From contig CAXWPL010000001.1 of NCBI GenBank assembly GCA_963666215.2, positions 710,371-774,370 of the forward strand: a stretch of DNA of 64,000 nt. Direction: 5' to 3'. A program made the translations under genes and the position numbers. This DNA is from Acidobacteriota bacterium (GTDB taxonomy: Bacteria; Acidobacteriota; UBA890; WLXD01). Under the pieces are notes generated by a model. The model ran no database searches and was not told the DNA's origin. It saw only the letters and a list, made by a program, of their open reading frames with translations. Positions 29,867 through 39,994 of this stretch are shown here, piece after piece. Position 1 is the first letter of the stretch; each line of letters opens with the position of its first letter.

Positions 29867-30492
29867 CCCGCCGTAACTTCCCACGAGAAGCTCGAGTAGA
29901 GGCCGTGGGTGCCTTCGTTGCCGATCACGATCACGCCATCGTCGTAGCGCGTCGAGCCGGTTGCGAGTACCTGCGAGGTGGGGTGGATTTGGTTGAACAT
30001 GTTCTCGAAGGTCACGGGCCGGGTGCGGTCGCGCCCGCGGATAGGCTCGACGCTCCCCTCTAGCAGTCCCTCGATGCGGACGCGCTTGGATCCGTCGGCC
30101 TCTTCGATCTGAATGGGCGCGAAGCGTGTCGGCAGGAAGGTGCTGACGAATGGCGCGAGCTTGGCCCACGGCCCGCCCGATTCTCCCTTGAGGATCGTTT
30201 CGATGGCGGTGCGCTGTTGGGGGGTGGCCGCCTCGTCGATGATCAAGACCTCGGTCCAGTCGCCGTCGATCATGTGCTGCGGGGCGTCGTAGGCGATCAC
30301 CGCTCGGGTGCCTTGGAGCGGAACCTCTTGGAACTCGCCCTCGTCGAAGCGGATCGCCCAGAAGCCAACGCAACGCTCGTGAGTGCAATTCTGGCTGAAG
30401 TGCACGTGCCCGGGACAGACGAGAGTGCAGCTGCAGTTCTCGAACAGCAGGCCTCGGGCCCACCAACCTGCCGAAGCTTCGGGATCGCTCAT
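29863..30492 (-). CDS. DUF1326 family protein
   Basis: ENCSCTLVCP...C.GFWAIRFDEG, IDEAATPQQRTAIETILKGESGGPW; usual partner of DUF2182. Confidence 0.85.
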   Translation of the reverse strand: MSDPEASAGWWARGLLFENCSCTLVCPGHVHFSQNCTHERCVGFWAIRFDEGEFQEVPLQGTRAVIAYDAPQHMIDGDWTEVLIIDEAATPQQRTAIETILKGESGGPWAKLAPFVSTFLPTRFAPIQIEEADGSKRVRIEGLLEGSVEPIRGRDRTRPVTFENMFNQIHPTSQVLATGSTRYDDGVIVIGNEGTHGLYSSFSWEVTAG

Positions 30493-30682
30493 ATCGACTC
30501 CATCCGTTGAGGTGGGTGATCCACATGGCACCGGGGTAGGGGTAGGCATCGGGCCTGGGCGAGCAGGGTGCCGACGCGGCTTACGGCGCCGCCGGGTCTG
30601 GCTACTTTACGTCAGCCGGCGTGGGCATCCCGCCCACGCCAGCTTCGTTCGAGCGTGTCGACGCGGGTGTGGAAAACAAAAG

Positions 30683-30742
30683 TGCTGAAAAAACAGCAAA
30701 TACACTTGCGCCGCCACACCGGGAATTGCTATTTTTCCAGCA
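30683..30742 (+). promoter_or_regulatory. blaI-like promoter with two 16-bp operator palindromes
   Basis: TGCTGAAAAAACAGCA (30683-30698) and TGCTATTTTTCCAGCA (30727-30742); -35 TTGCGC (30706), -10 TATTTT (30730) inside the second box. Confidence 0.65.
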
Positions 30743-30825
30743 GTTTCTACGGAACCCCGAGAGTTCGGGCTCGCTTCACCCGCGATGCTCGCCGCCACGC
30801 TCGATTACGTAGCCCTGGAGACGGA

Positions 30826-31278
30826 ATGCCGAAAACGTCGAAGCAGTCAGCTCCTGCGGGTGCGCAAGGGCCAAGAACCGCGCAGGCGCCCCGCACCGAG
30901 CGCGCACACGAGGCCCTGAGCCGCCGCGAACGTCAGATCATGGATCTGCTGTATCGGCGCGAGCGGGCGACCGCCGCCGAGATTCACGCTGAGATGCCCG
31001 ATCCGCCGAGCTACTCGGCGGTGCGTGCGGCGCTACGCGTGCTGGAGGAGAAGGGGCACGTGGCACACGAGCGTCGCAGCCACCACTACGTCTTCTGGCC
31101 CACGATTTCGCGCAGCGTCGCGCAGCACGATGCCGCACGCCGGCTGCTCACAACCTTCTTTGCGGGTTCGGCATCCAACGCTGTAGCGGCTCTCCTGGAG
31201 TGCTCGGACGAGCTGCCCGACGAGGAGCTGGCCCACCTCCGAGAGCTCATCGATGCCGCGCGTCGGGAGGGGCGCTGA
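30826..31278 (+). CDS. BlaI/MecI/CopY family repressor
   Basis: LSRRERQIMDLLY, PPSYSAVRAALRVLEEKG, FFAGSASNAVAALL. Confidence 0.92.
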   Translation: MPKTSKQSAPAGAQGPRTAQAPRTERAHEALSRRERQIMDLLYRRERATAAEIHAEMPDPPSYSAVRAALRVLEEKGHVAHERRSHHYVFWPTISRSVAQHDAARRLLTTFFAGSASNAVAALLECSDELPDEELAHLRELIDAARREGR

Positions 31279-31279
31279 G

Positions 31280-33655
31280 ATGCTGATGATGGATATCGCT
31301 TCGCGCGCGGCGCTGCTGCTCGCCGCGGCCGGCCTCGGGACGCTGCTCCTGCGTAGGAGCGTGGCCGCGACGCGGGCGCTCGTTTGGGGGACGTCTCTGG
31401 TCTGCATCCTCGCTCTACCACTGCTCGGGCGCGTGGTTCCGGAGCTCCGCGTTCCGATTCTGCTGGCGGTGCAAGAACGTGCTTCTCTCGAAGGCGATTC
31501 TGCGGATACCGCGTCTGGTGTGGTGAAGCCTCTGGGGTCTGCGTCGGAGGCGTTGGCGACGCGGTCGAGCTCGTTGGAGCGCGCGAACACCTCGAATGGC
31601 CGAATTCGTTCCGTCAGCAGCAGCCACACAACCGTTGCGCGGGGCTCGGAGGGCAGGCCACCTCGTCGCTTCCGGGAACTTCAGATCGAGGGCGGGCGGC
31701 CGCGCAGCGCCGCTGGTGCTGCAACTTCAGGCATGACCTCGAGCGTGAGCGGTCGGCTGGCTCCTCTCGTCGCGACGATCGTGGCTTTCGCCAAGCTCGT
31801 CGATCGGCTTGCCGATGCCGCCCGTAGCGTGGGCTTCTGGCGGGTCCTGCTTGTTGCCTGGGCCGTCGGAGTGTCGCTGCTGATCGCGCGGCTGGCCGTG
31901 GGCGTGGGGCGAGTGGCGTGGCTGGCGCGGCGTGCGAAGCGGGTCACGAGCGGTGCGCTGTACGAGCGATCGCGACAGGTCGCGGCCGAGCTCGGTGTGC
32001 GGTCACCGGTGGTCTTGCTCGAGACCTCTGCGGCGGTTGTTCCGGTGGTTTGTCATTGGGTCCGTCCTCATCTTCTGGTGCCTCCGGCGATGCGCGACTG
32101 GTCGGCCGAGCGTCAGCGTGTGGTGCTACTGCACGAGCTGGCACATGTGCGCCGCCACGACTGCCGGCTGCAGCTGTTTGCCTACCTCTCCGTGGCGCTG
32201 CACTGGTTCAACCCGATGGCCTGGCTTGCCCTGAGGCGCCTGGGCGTCGAGCGCGAGCGGGCGTGCGACGACATCGTGTTGCAAGCGGGCGTTCGTCCTT
32301 CTGCGTACGCCGACCATCTTGTTGCCATCGCCCGCGCGTCTCGATCGCGCTGGCTGGGCGGTCAGGTCGATCCGGCGCTGGCTGCTGCCATGGCGCTCTT
32401 CCGCCCGAGCCGGCTAGCAGGGCGCGTGAGCGCGATTCTTGATCCTTCCGTACGACGACAGTCCCCGAACAGGAGAACCAACGTGTCAGTATTAGCCTTC
32501 GCAGCCGTCGTGCTGCTGCCGCTGGCGGCAATCCAACCCGTGCCGGCAATCGCGATCTCGCAGCAAGCGCCCGCGGCGCCGATCGTGATGGTCCAGGCCC
32601 CTCCTTCGCCAACTGCGGGTGCGCCGGCAGCTCAGCCCACACAGACACAGTCCGCCGCGCCGGCACCGCTGGCTTCTGAGAGCCACAGCGTGCCGACAGC
32701 TGCCCCGCTTCCTCCGGGCATCTTCCCGTCGCCGGCACCCTCAGGGGTCCCGCTCGCGACGGTGGCCCCGACCCCGATCGCACAAAGCGGCGAGCCCACA
32801 ATCGACGAGCTCGTGCAGATGCGCATTCACGGCGTGACTCCCGAGTACATCGAGGGCATCACGACGATGATGGGTCGGCCGCCGGTCATCAAAGAGCTCA
32901 TCCAGATGCGCATCCACGGTGTGACACCGGAGTACGCCGAGGAGATGCGGCAGGCGTTCGGCGACGGCCTCGAGCTCGACGATCTGGTGCAGGGCCGCAT
33001 CCACGGCGCCTCTCCCGAAGCCGCGGCGGCGCTACGCAGCGCATTTGGTGACGAGTTGCGCTTCAAGGATGTCATTCAGGCGCGCATCCACGGCGTCTCA
33101 GCCGAATACTCCGGCCGCATGGCGGAGCTTCTGCGGGAGGATCTCGCCTTCAAGGAGCTGATTCAGATGCGCATCCACGGCGTAACGGCCGAAGCCATCG
33201 AGGGTATGACCGTGGCATTCGGTCGTACTCCGAGCGCTGAGGAGATGGTGCAGGTGCGCATTCATGGCGTCAGCGCCGAGTACGCCGATGGCATGCGTGC
33301 CGTCTTCGGCAACCAGCTGGAGCTCGATGATCTGGTGCAGGGACGCATCCACGGGCTCGACGGCGACTACGCGCGCGGCATGCGCAACGCCTTCGGCGAC
33401 GGACTCGAGTTCGACGACCTGGTGCAGGGCCGCATTCACGGCGTCTCATCTGAGTTCGCCGGCGCGATGGCCGAGCAGTTGAGCGGCGAGCTGGCCTTCC
33501 GCGATCTCGTGCAGATGCGCATTCATGGCGTCGACGAAGAGATGATTCGCGAGCTCGAAGCGGCTGGCTACGACGATCGGACGGCCGACGAGCTTGTTCG
33601 CATCAAGATCCACGGAATGGAGCGCATCATGGCGCGCCGCGGGAGGCAACAGTGA
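31280..33655 (+). CDS. M56 family (BlaR1-like) membrane metallopeptidase with a C-terminal 29-aa repeat array
   Basis: VLLHELAHVRRHD, WFNPMAW, ERERACDD, Y.DHLV; Pro/Ala linker; repeats containing IHG. Confidence 0.9.
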   Translation: MLMMDIASRAALLLAAAGLGTLLLRRSVAATRALVWGTSLVCILALPLLGRVVPELRVPILLAVQERASLEGDSADTASGVVKPLGSASEALATRSSSLERANTSNGRIRSVSSSHTTVARGSEGRPPRRFRELQIEGGRPRSAAGAATSGMTSSVSGRLAPLVATIVAFAKLVDRLADAARSVGFWRVLLVAWAVGVSLLIARLAVGVGRVAWLARRAKRVTSGALYERSRQVAAELGVRSPVVLLETSAAVVPVVCHWVRPHLLVPPAMRDWSAERQRVVLLHELAHVRRHDCRLQLFAYLSVALHWFNPMAWLALRRLGVERERACDDIVLQAGVRPSAYADHLVAIARASRSRWLGGQVDPALAAAMALFRPSRLAGRVSAILDPSVRRQSPNRRTNVSVLAFAAVVLLPLAAIQPVPAIAISQQAPAAPIVMVQAPPSPTAGAPAAQPTQTQSAAPAPLASESHSVPTAAPLPPGIFPSPAPSGVPLATVAPTPIAQSGEPTIDELVQMRIHGVTPEYIEGITTMMGRPPVIKELIQMRIHGVTPEYAEEMRQAFGDGLELDDLVQGRIHGASPEAAAALRSAFGDELRFKDVIQARIHGVSAEYSGRMAELLREDLAFKELIQMRIHGVTAEAIEGMTVAFGRTPSAEEMVQVRIHGVSAEYADGMRAVFGNQLELDDLVQGRIHGLDGDYARGMRNAFGDGLEFDDLVQGRIHGVSSEFAGAMAEQLSGELAFRDLVQMRIHGVDEEMIRELEAAGYDDRTADELVRIKIHGMERIMARRGRQQ
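32807..33652 (+). repeat. ten tandem 87-nt (29-aa) coding repeats, the last one partial
   Basis: Units start at 32807, 32894 ... 33590; consensus (E/D)L(V/I)Q(M/G)RIHGV(T/S)xEY. Confidence 0.9.
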
Positions 33656-34353
33656 ATCTATCGATACGCGACGACAAACGCGGCCCTGCAATCGGCAGTG
33701 TCTTGCTGGCGACGGTGCTGGCGCTGGGCCTGCAATCTTCGGCTCTCGCCGCCGTAGGCGCCCAAGCAGCGGGTGTCGACGGCACCTGGGAGATGCGTGC
33801 GGGCAGCGGCGAGCGCTGGAGGGACGGCCGCGTACAGCTCAATCTGAAGGTCGACCGCGATGGCCGCAGTGACAACTGGAACATGGGCTACGGGCAGTCG
33901 CTCGACGACTTGCAGGGCCTTTCCGAAGCCCAGGCGACGGGTTCGGCAGAAGGGGTTCGCTTCGAGCTCGTGCGTGAGGCGGGTACCGTTGCGTTCGAAG
34001 GTGACTTCCGAAGCGGCCGCGGCACCGGCTTCTTCAGCTTCACGCCGAGCACGATGTTCGTGTCGCGCATGGCCGACCTAGGCTACCGCGACCTGCCCAA
34101 TGATCGTCTGCTGATGTTCGCGATTCATGACCTGACGACCGCGTACATCACCGACTTGCGCCAGCTTGGCTACCAGCTCGCGACCAAAGAACTGACGAAC
34201 TTCGTCATCCACGGCGTGTCGGTGGACTTCATTACCGTGATGAATCAGGCCGGTTACAACAACATCGACGCCGACGATCTCGTGAAGATGCGGATCCACG
34301 GCGTAACGCCCGAATACGTTCGCCAGGTCCGCGCCGCACTCCGCAGTAGCTGA
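33652..34353 (+). CDS. secreted protein with three IH(G/D) repeats like those of the upstream M56 protein
   Basis: Signal peptide, FELVREAGTVAFEG...GTGFFSFTP domain, repeats AIHDL / VIHGV / MRIHGVTPEY; start overlaps the M56 stop. Confidence 0.8.
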   Translation: MNLSIRDDKRGPAIGSVLLATVLALGLQSSALAAVGAQAAGVDGTWEMRAGSGERWRDGRVQLNLKVDRDGRSDNWNMGYGQSLDDLQGLSEAQATGSAEGVRFELVREAGTVAFEGDFRSGRGTGFFSFTPSTMFVSRMADLGYRDLPNDRLLMFAIHDLTTAYITDLRQLGYQLATKELTNFVIHGVSVDFITVMNQAGYNNIDADDLVKMRIHGVTPEYVRQVRAALRSS

Positions 34354-34419
34354 GGTCAGCGAGGCCGGCCGCGATTTCAAGCGGCCGACTTCGTCCTCCC
34401 CTTCGAGGGAACCGGCTCG

Positions 34420-36099
<1,680 letters not shown>

Positions 36100-36239
36100 G
36101 TGCTCTCAGAGACGCTGAATTTGCACAGAGTGCGCGCCGTGAGCACGGCAGCGCTGAGAACCGGGTCGTTTCCAGGCCGCTAGATCTAACAGCGTTTCGA
36201 CCGACAGCGTGAGCACGACCGTCGCAGACAAGCTCTTTC

Positions 36240-36625
36240 GAACGCCGGCGGGCTGCGAGCGCCTCAACTGGATTGACGCGCGCAGCGCGGCGAGCAGGCA
36301 AATAGCACGCGATCGTGGCGATGGCCAGGAGGGCGAGCCTAGCCGCGCCGAAAGTCGCCGGGTCGGTGGGACTGATCTCGAACAGCATCGCGTCCAGGAA
36401 GCGAGTCAGAGCCGCGGCCAGAACCAAGCCAGCGATCAGGCCGAGCGCCGCCACCGAAGTTCCCTGGCGCAGCACGAACGTGGCCACCAGACACGCCGGT
36501 TGTGGTGATGAGCTACCTTCTTCGCCGGCCTTGAGATCGTCGCCTGCCCGGCGGCTGTGGCCCCAAGTCTTCGAGCCGAGCCCCGCCGAGCGGTGAAGAA
36601 TGCCAAAGAGAACGCCTGCCGTCAT
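36240..36625 (-). pseudogene. internally deleted remnant of an ADOP permease
   Basis: TAGVLFGIL...DLKAGEEGSS (mid-protein motif) joined to VLRQG...LFEISPTDPATF...ACYLPARRAARVNPVEAL (C-terminal motif). Confidence 0.65.
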
Positions 36626-36661
36626 TCTGGGTGAGAGGACGTCCGCGAATCGAGCAACTCG

Positions 36662-38935
36662 ATGGCTGATGTAGCGGCGGCGCCCGAAAGTGTCGAGGTG
36701 GTGGCGCCGCCGACGGACGTAGCCAAGCGCGGCGGCATGGGCACGTTCAGCGGGGTGTTCACGCCGTCGGTGTTGACGATTCTCGGCGTCATCATGTACC
36801 TGCGCTTCGGCTGGGTGGTGGGCAATGTCGGGCTCGTGCCCGCACTCGGCATCGTCACCCTCGCCACCTTGATCACGTTGCTGACCGCCTGCTCGGTGGC
36901 CGAGATCGCGACAGACCGCGTGGTCAGAGTCGGTGGCGCGTACTACATGATCAGCCGCGCCCTGGGGATCGAGACGGGCGGCGCCGTGGGTGTGCCGCTG
37001 TTTCTGGCACAGGCACTTTCGGTGGCGCTCTACACCATTGGCTTCGCCGAGAGCATCACGCTGGTCTATCCGCAGGTCGATCAGCGGACGGTGGCCGTGC
37101 TGGCGACAATCGGGGTCACGGTGGTGGCCCTGACATCGGCGAAGCTGGCGATCCGCGCGCAGTACCTGATCATGGCCGCGATCGCGTTGTCGCTCGGGTC
37201 GTTCTTCGCGGGGCATCCGGTGGATGCTGGCGGCACCGAGCTGTGGGTCGGCCACGCCGACTCACCCGGTTTCTGGGCCGTGTTCGCGGTTTTCTTTCCG
37301 GCGGTAACCGGAATCATGGCCGGTGTGAGCATGTCGGGCGATCTGCGCGAGCCCAGCCGGTCGATTCCGCGCGGCACGTTCGCCGCTGTCGGCGTTGGGT
37401 ACGTCGTCTATATGACGGTGCCGGTGTTCCTGGCGATGCGCGCCGAGCCTTCGACTTTGGTCTCCGACCCGCTGGTGATGCAGCGCATGTCGGTTTGGGG
37501 ACTGCCGATCCTCTTCGGCCTGTGGGGCGCGACGCTCTCGAGCGCGCTCGGCAGCGTGCTCGGGGCGCCAAGAGTGCTACAGGCGCTGGCGCTCGACGGC
37601 GTGCTGCCACGCTGGCTGTGGTTTCTGGGCCGTGGCACGGGATCGGGGAACGAGCCACGTGCAGGCACGATAGTTACGCTTCTGATCGCGCTCGGCGCCG
37701 TGTGGGTGGGCGACCTCGATCTCATCGCCCCGGTGTTGACGATGTTCTTTCTCACCACCTACATGGTGCTGAATCTCGCCGCTGGCGTGGAGCGACTGGT
37801 TGACAGCCCATCCTTTCGGCCCACCTTCAGCGTTCACTGGTCGCTGTCGTTTCTCGGCGCGGCCAGTTGTCTGGGAGTGATGTGGTTGATCAACCCCGTC
37901 GCTTCAGTGGTGGCGGCGGGCGTTGTGGGCGGGCTGTACGTGTGGCTCGAGCGTCGCGAGTTGCAGACCACCTGGGGCGACGCCCGCAAGGGCATCTGGA
38001 TGAGCTTGATGCGCAGCAGCTTGCTGCGAGCCGAGCGCGAGCACGACCCACGGAACTGGCGGCCCCATCTGCTGGTTCTCTCTGGCGCTCCTTCGCGCCG
38101 CTGGCCACTCATCCAGCTCGGCGCCAACCTGACGCACAACAAAGGGTTGATGACCATCGTGAGCGTGGTGCAGCCGGGAGCTTTCGGCGTTCGCCGACGC
38201 CACGGCCTGGAGCAGACGATTGGCGATCACCTCAAGTCGCGGGGTGTGCACGCGATGGTGCGGGTTGCGTCGGCCGAGAGCCCGCTCAGCGGGGCGCGCG
38301 CGCTACTCGATAACTACGGGCTTGGGCTCGTGGCCCCCAACACCCTGATGTTGGGGATGCGGCACGAAGAGGACGTTGATGACTACGCCGAGCTGATCGC
38401 CTACGCGCACGAGGCGCGGAAGAATGTGCTCGTGTACTCCGATAGCGACGGTCGTTCCCCTGACGGCGCCGAGCGCGAGGCGCGATTCGAGACCATCGAC
38501 GTGTGGTGGGGCGGGCTGCATCGTAATGGCGGACTGATGCTCGTTCTTGCGTACGTGCTCGGCACAAGCGTCGAGTGGAAACGCGCCCGCGTCCGCCTGC
38601 GGCTCTGCGTGGAGGATCTCGAGGCCGTTCCGCGGGCACTGAGCAACCTCGCCCACATTGTCGAGGGCTTGAGGATGAGCGCGGTGCCGCAGGTTCTCGT
38701 ACGAGACGGGCGGCCTTTCGACGATCTGCTGGTGGAGAAGTCGGCCGACGCTGATTTCGTTCTACTTGGAATGGCGGAGCCGGGCGACGATACTGCCGAC
38801 TACGCGAGCTACATCCACAAGGTCCAGGAGCGTGGGCGCCGTCTGCCGCCGGCTGCATTCGTGTTGGCCGCCGAGGGAATTCGTTTCTCGCAGGTTCTCC
38901 TCGAAGACGGTCATGGCGAGCCCGGGTCGGCTTGA
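36662..38935 (+). CDS. cation-chloride cotransporter (SLC12A/CCC) family APC permease
   Basis: GTFSGVFTPSVLTILGVIMYLRFGWVVG, GGAYYMISRALG, FFPAVTGIMAG, NWRP, PNTLMLG, IDVWW. Confidence 0.92.
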   Translation: MADVAAAPESVEVVAPPTDVAKRGGMGTFSGVFTPSVLTILGVIMYLRFGWVVGNVGLVPALGIVTLATLITLLTACSVAEIATDRVVRVGGAYYMISRALGIETGGAVGVPLFLAQALSVALYTIGFAESITLVYPQVDQRTVAVLATIGVTVVALTSAKLAIRAQYLIMAAIALSLGSFFAGHPVDAGGTELWVGHADSPGFWAVFAVFFPAVTGIMAGVSMSGDLREPSRSIPRGTFAAVGVGYVVYMTVPVFLAMRAEPSTLVSDPLVMQRMSVWGLPILFGLWGATLSSALGSVLGAPRVLQALALDGVLPRWLWFLGRGTGSGNEPRAGTIVTLLIALGAVWVGDLDLIAPVLTMFFLTTYMVLNLAAGVERLVDSPSFRPTFSVHWSLSFLGAASCLGVMWLINPVASVVAAGVVGGLYVWLERRELQTTWGDARKGIWMSLMRSSLLRAEREHDPRNWRPHLLVLSGAPSRRWPLIQLGANLTHNKGLMTIVSVVQPGAFGVRRRHGLEQTIGDHLKSRGVHAMVRVASAESPLSGARALLDNYGLGLVAPNTLMLGMRHEEDVDDYAELIAYAHEARKNVLVYSDSDGRSPDGAEREARFETIDVWWGGLHRNGGLMLVLAYVLGTSVEWKRARVRLRLCVEDLEAVPRALSNLAHIVEGLRMSAVPQVLVRDGRPFDDLLVEKSADADFVLLGMAEPGDDTADYASYIHKVQERGRRLPPAAFVLAAEGIRFSQVLLEDGHGEPGSA

Positions 38936-38995
38936 TGCGTTGTCGACGTGGTCGCTGATCGCGGTTCGCAGCGCACGGGCTCGGTGAGTCGCTGA

Positions 38996-39994
38996 ATGGG
39001 TATGGCAATGGGCACGTCAGTCGACGGAACCGTCGATCAAGTCCCGGGGCAGGCGGTCGCGGCCAACCGCGTTCTGCTGGTGCTGGCCGGCCTGGCTGCT
39101 CTGCTCGTGTTCGGTACCGACGCGCTGCTGACCCGCAGCGCGTGGTTCTGGGTTGTTGCCGAGGATTGGGGCTCAGGACGACTACTCGAGGCCGAGGCAC
39201 GGCTGCAAAAGGCCTCGGCGGGGGACTGGGATGTGCTGTTCATTGGCTCGAGTGTCGCCGCCACGAATATCGATGCCGAGACCGTTGCGCACGGCCTGCA
39301 CCTGCGTCCGGGCGCAGTGGCCAAGGTGGACGTCGCGGGTGCGGTGGCGCTCGAATTCGCGATGTATTCGCGCGAGCTCGTGCGACTGCGGCCGCGAGCT
39401 CTAGTCTACGTGTTCACGGCAGGGACCGTGACCTCCGACATCGAATGGGATCTGGTGCGCCCCTACGACCCTTCGGTTGCGCTCGAGCTGTTCTCGTTGC
39501 CCGAGCTGGTTGCTGGTCGCGAGTTCCATGCCGGCGGTCTGCTGCGCGCGGCGAACGTACTCATTCGGCATCGCGCGGATCTGCGTTACGGAGCCGTTGG
39601 TGTGATCACCCGCGGCAGAGGCCCGGCGCTTTGGCGCGAAGAACGAATGCGGTGGATCAGCCACGTGCCGGAGCTGCCCAATGTCAACACGCGCGCCTTG
39701 GCGTTGCTCGCGCGGCGCGCAATCGAGGCCGACATCGCCGTGGTGCTCGCGTCGTCTCCGTTGGGGCGAGAGAACCGGGTGCAGCGCGAAACCCGGCTCG
39801 CAGCCGAGAGCTACTTGGCCGAGCTGGGAGAGCAGCGAGGTTTCCGGGTGGTGGCCGCCGGTGACGTGCAGCTTCGGCTCGCAGCCGATCTTTGGGACGA
39901 TCGTCTCCATCTTGGTCGCGAGGGCGCGCGCATCTTCTCCGAGTCCCTCGTGCCAGCGCTGGCGGAGGCGCTCCTCACCAAGCCGCCTCAGTAG
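38996..39994 (+). CDS. SGNH-like membrane-anchored protein (probable polysaccharide acylation partner)
   Basis: N-terminal transmembrane helix, VLFIGSS, C-terminal DRLHLGREGA (DxxH). Confidence 0.6.
   Translation: MGMAMGTSVDGTVDQVPGQAVAANRVLLVLAGLAALLVFGTDALLTRSAWFWVVAEDWGSGRLLEAEARLQKASAGDWDVLFIGSSVAATNIDAETVAHGLHLRPGAVAKVDVAGAVALEFAMYSRELVRLRPRALVYVFTAGTVTSDIEWDLVRPYDPSVALELFSLPELVAGREFHAGGLLRAANVLIRHRADLRYGAVGVITRGRGPALWREERMRWISHVPELPNVNTRALALLARRAIEADIAVVLASSPLGRENRVQRETRLAAESYLAELGEQRGFRVVAAGDVQLRLAADLWDDRLHLGREGARIFSESLVPALAEALLTKPPQ

Noticed and set aside
31280-33655. Beta-lactam sensing BlaR1
   Set aside because: No penicillin-binding domain and no neighbouring beta-lactamase.
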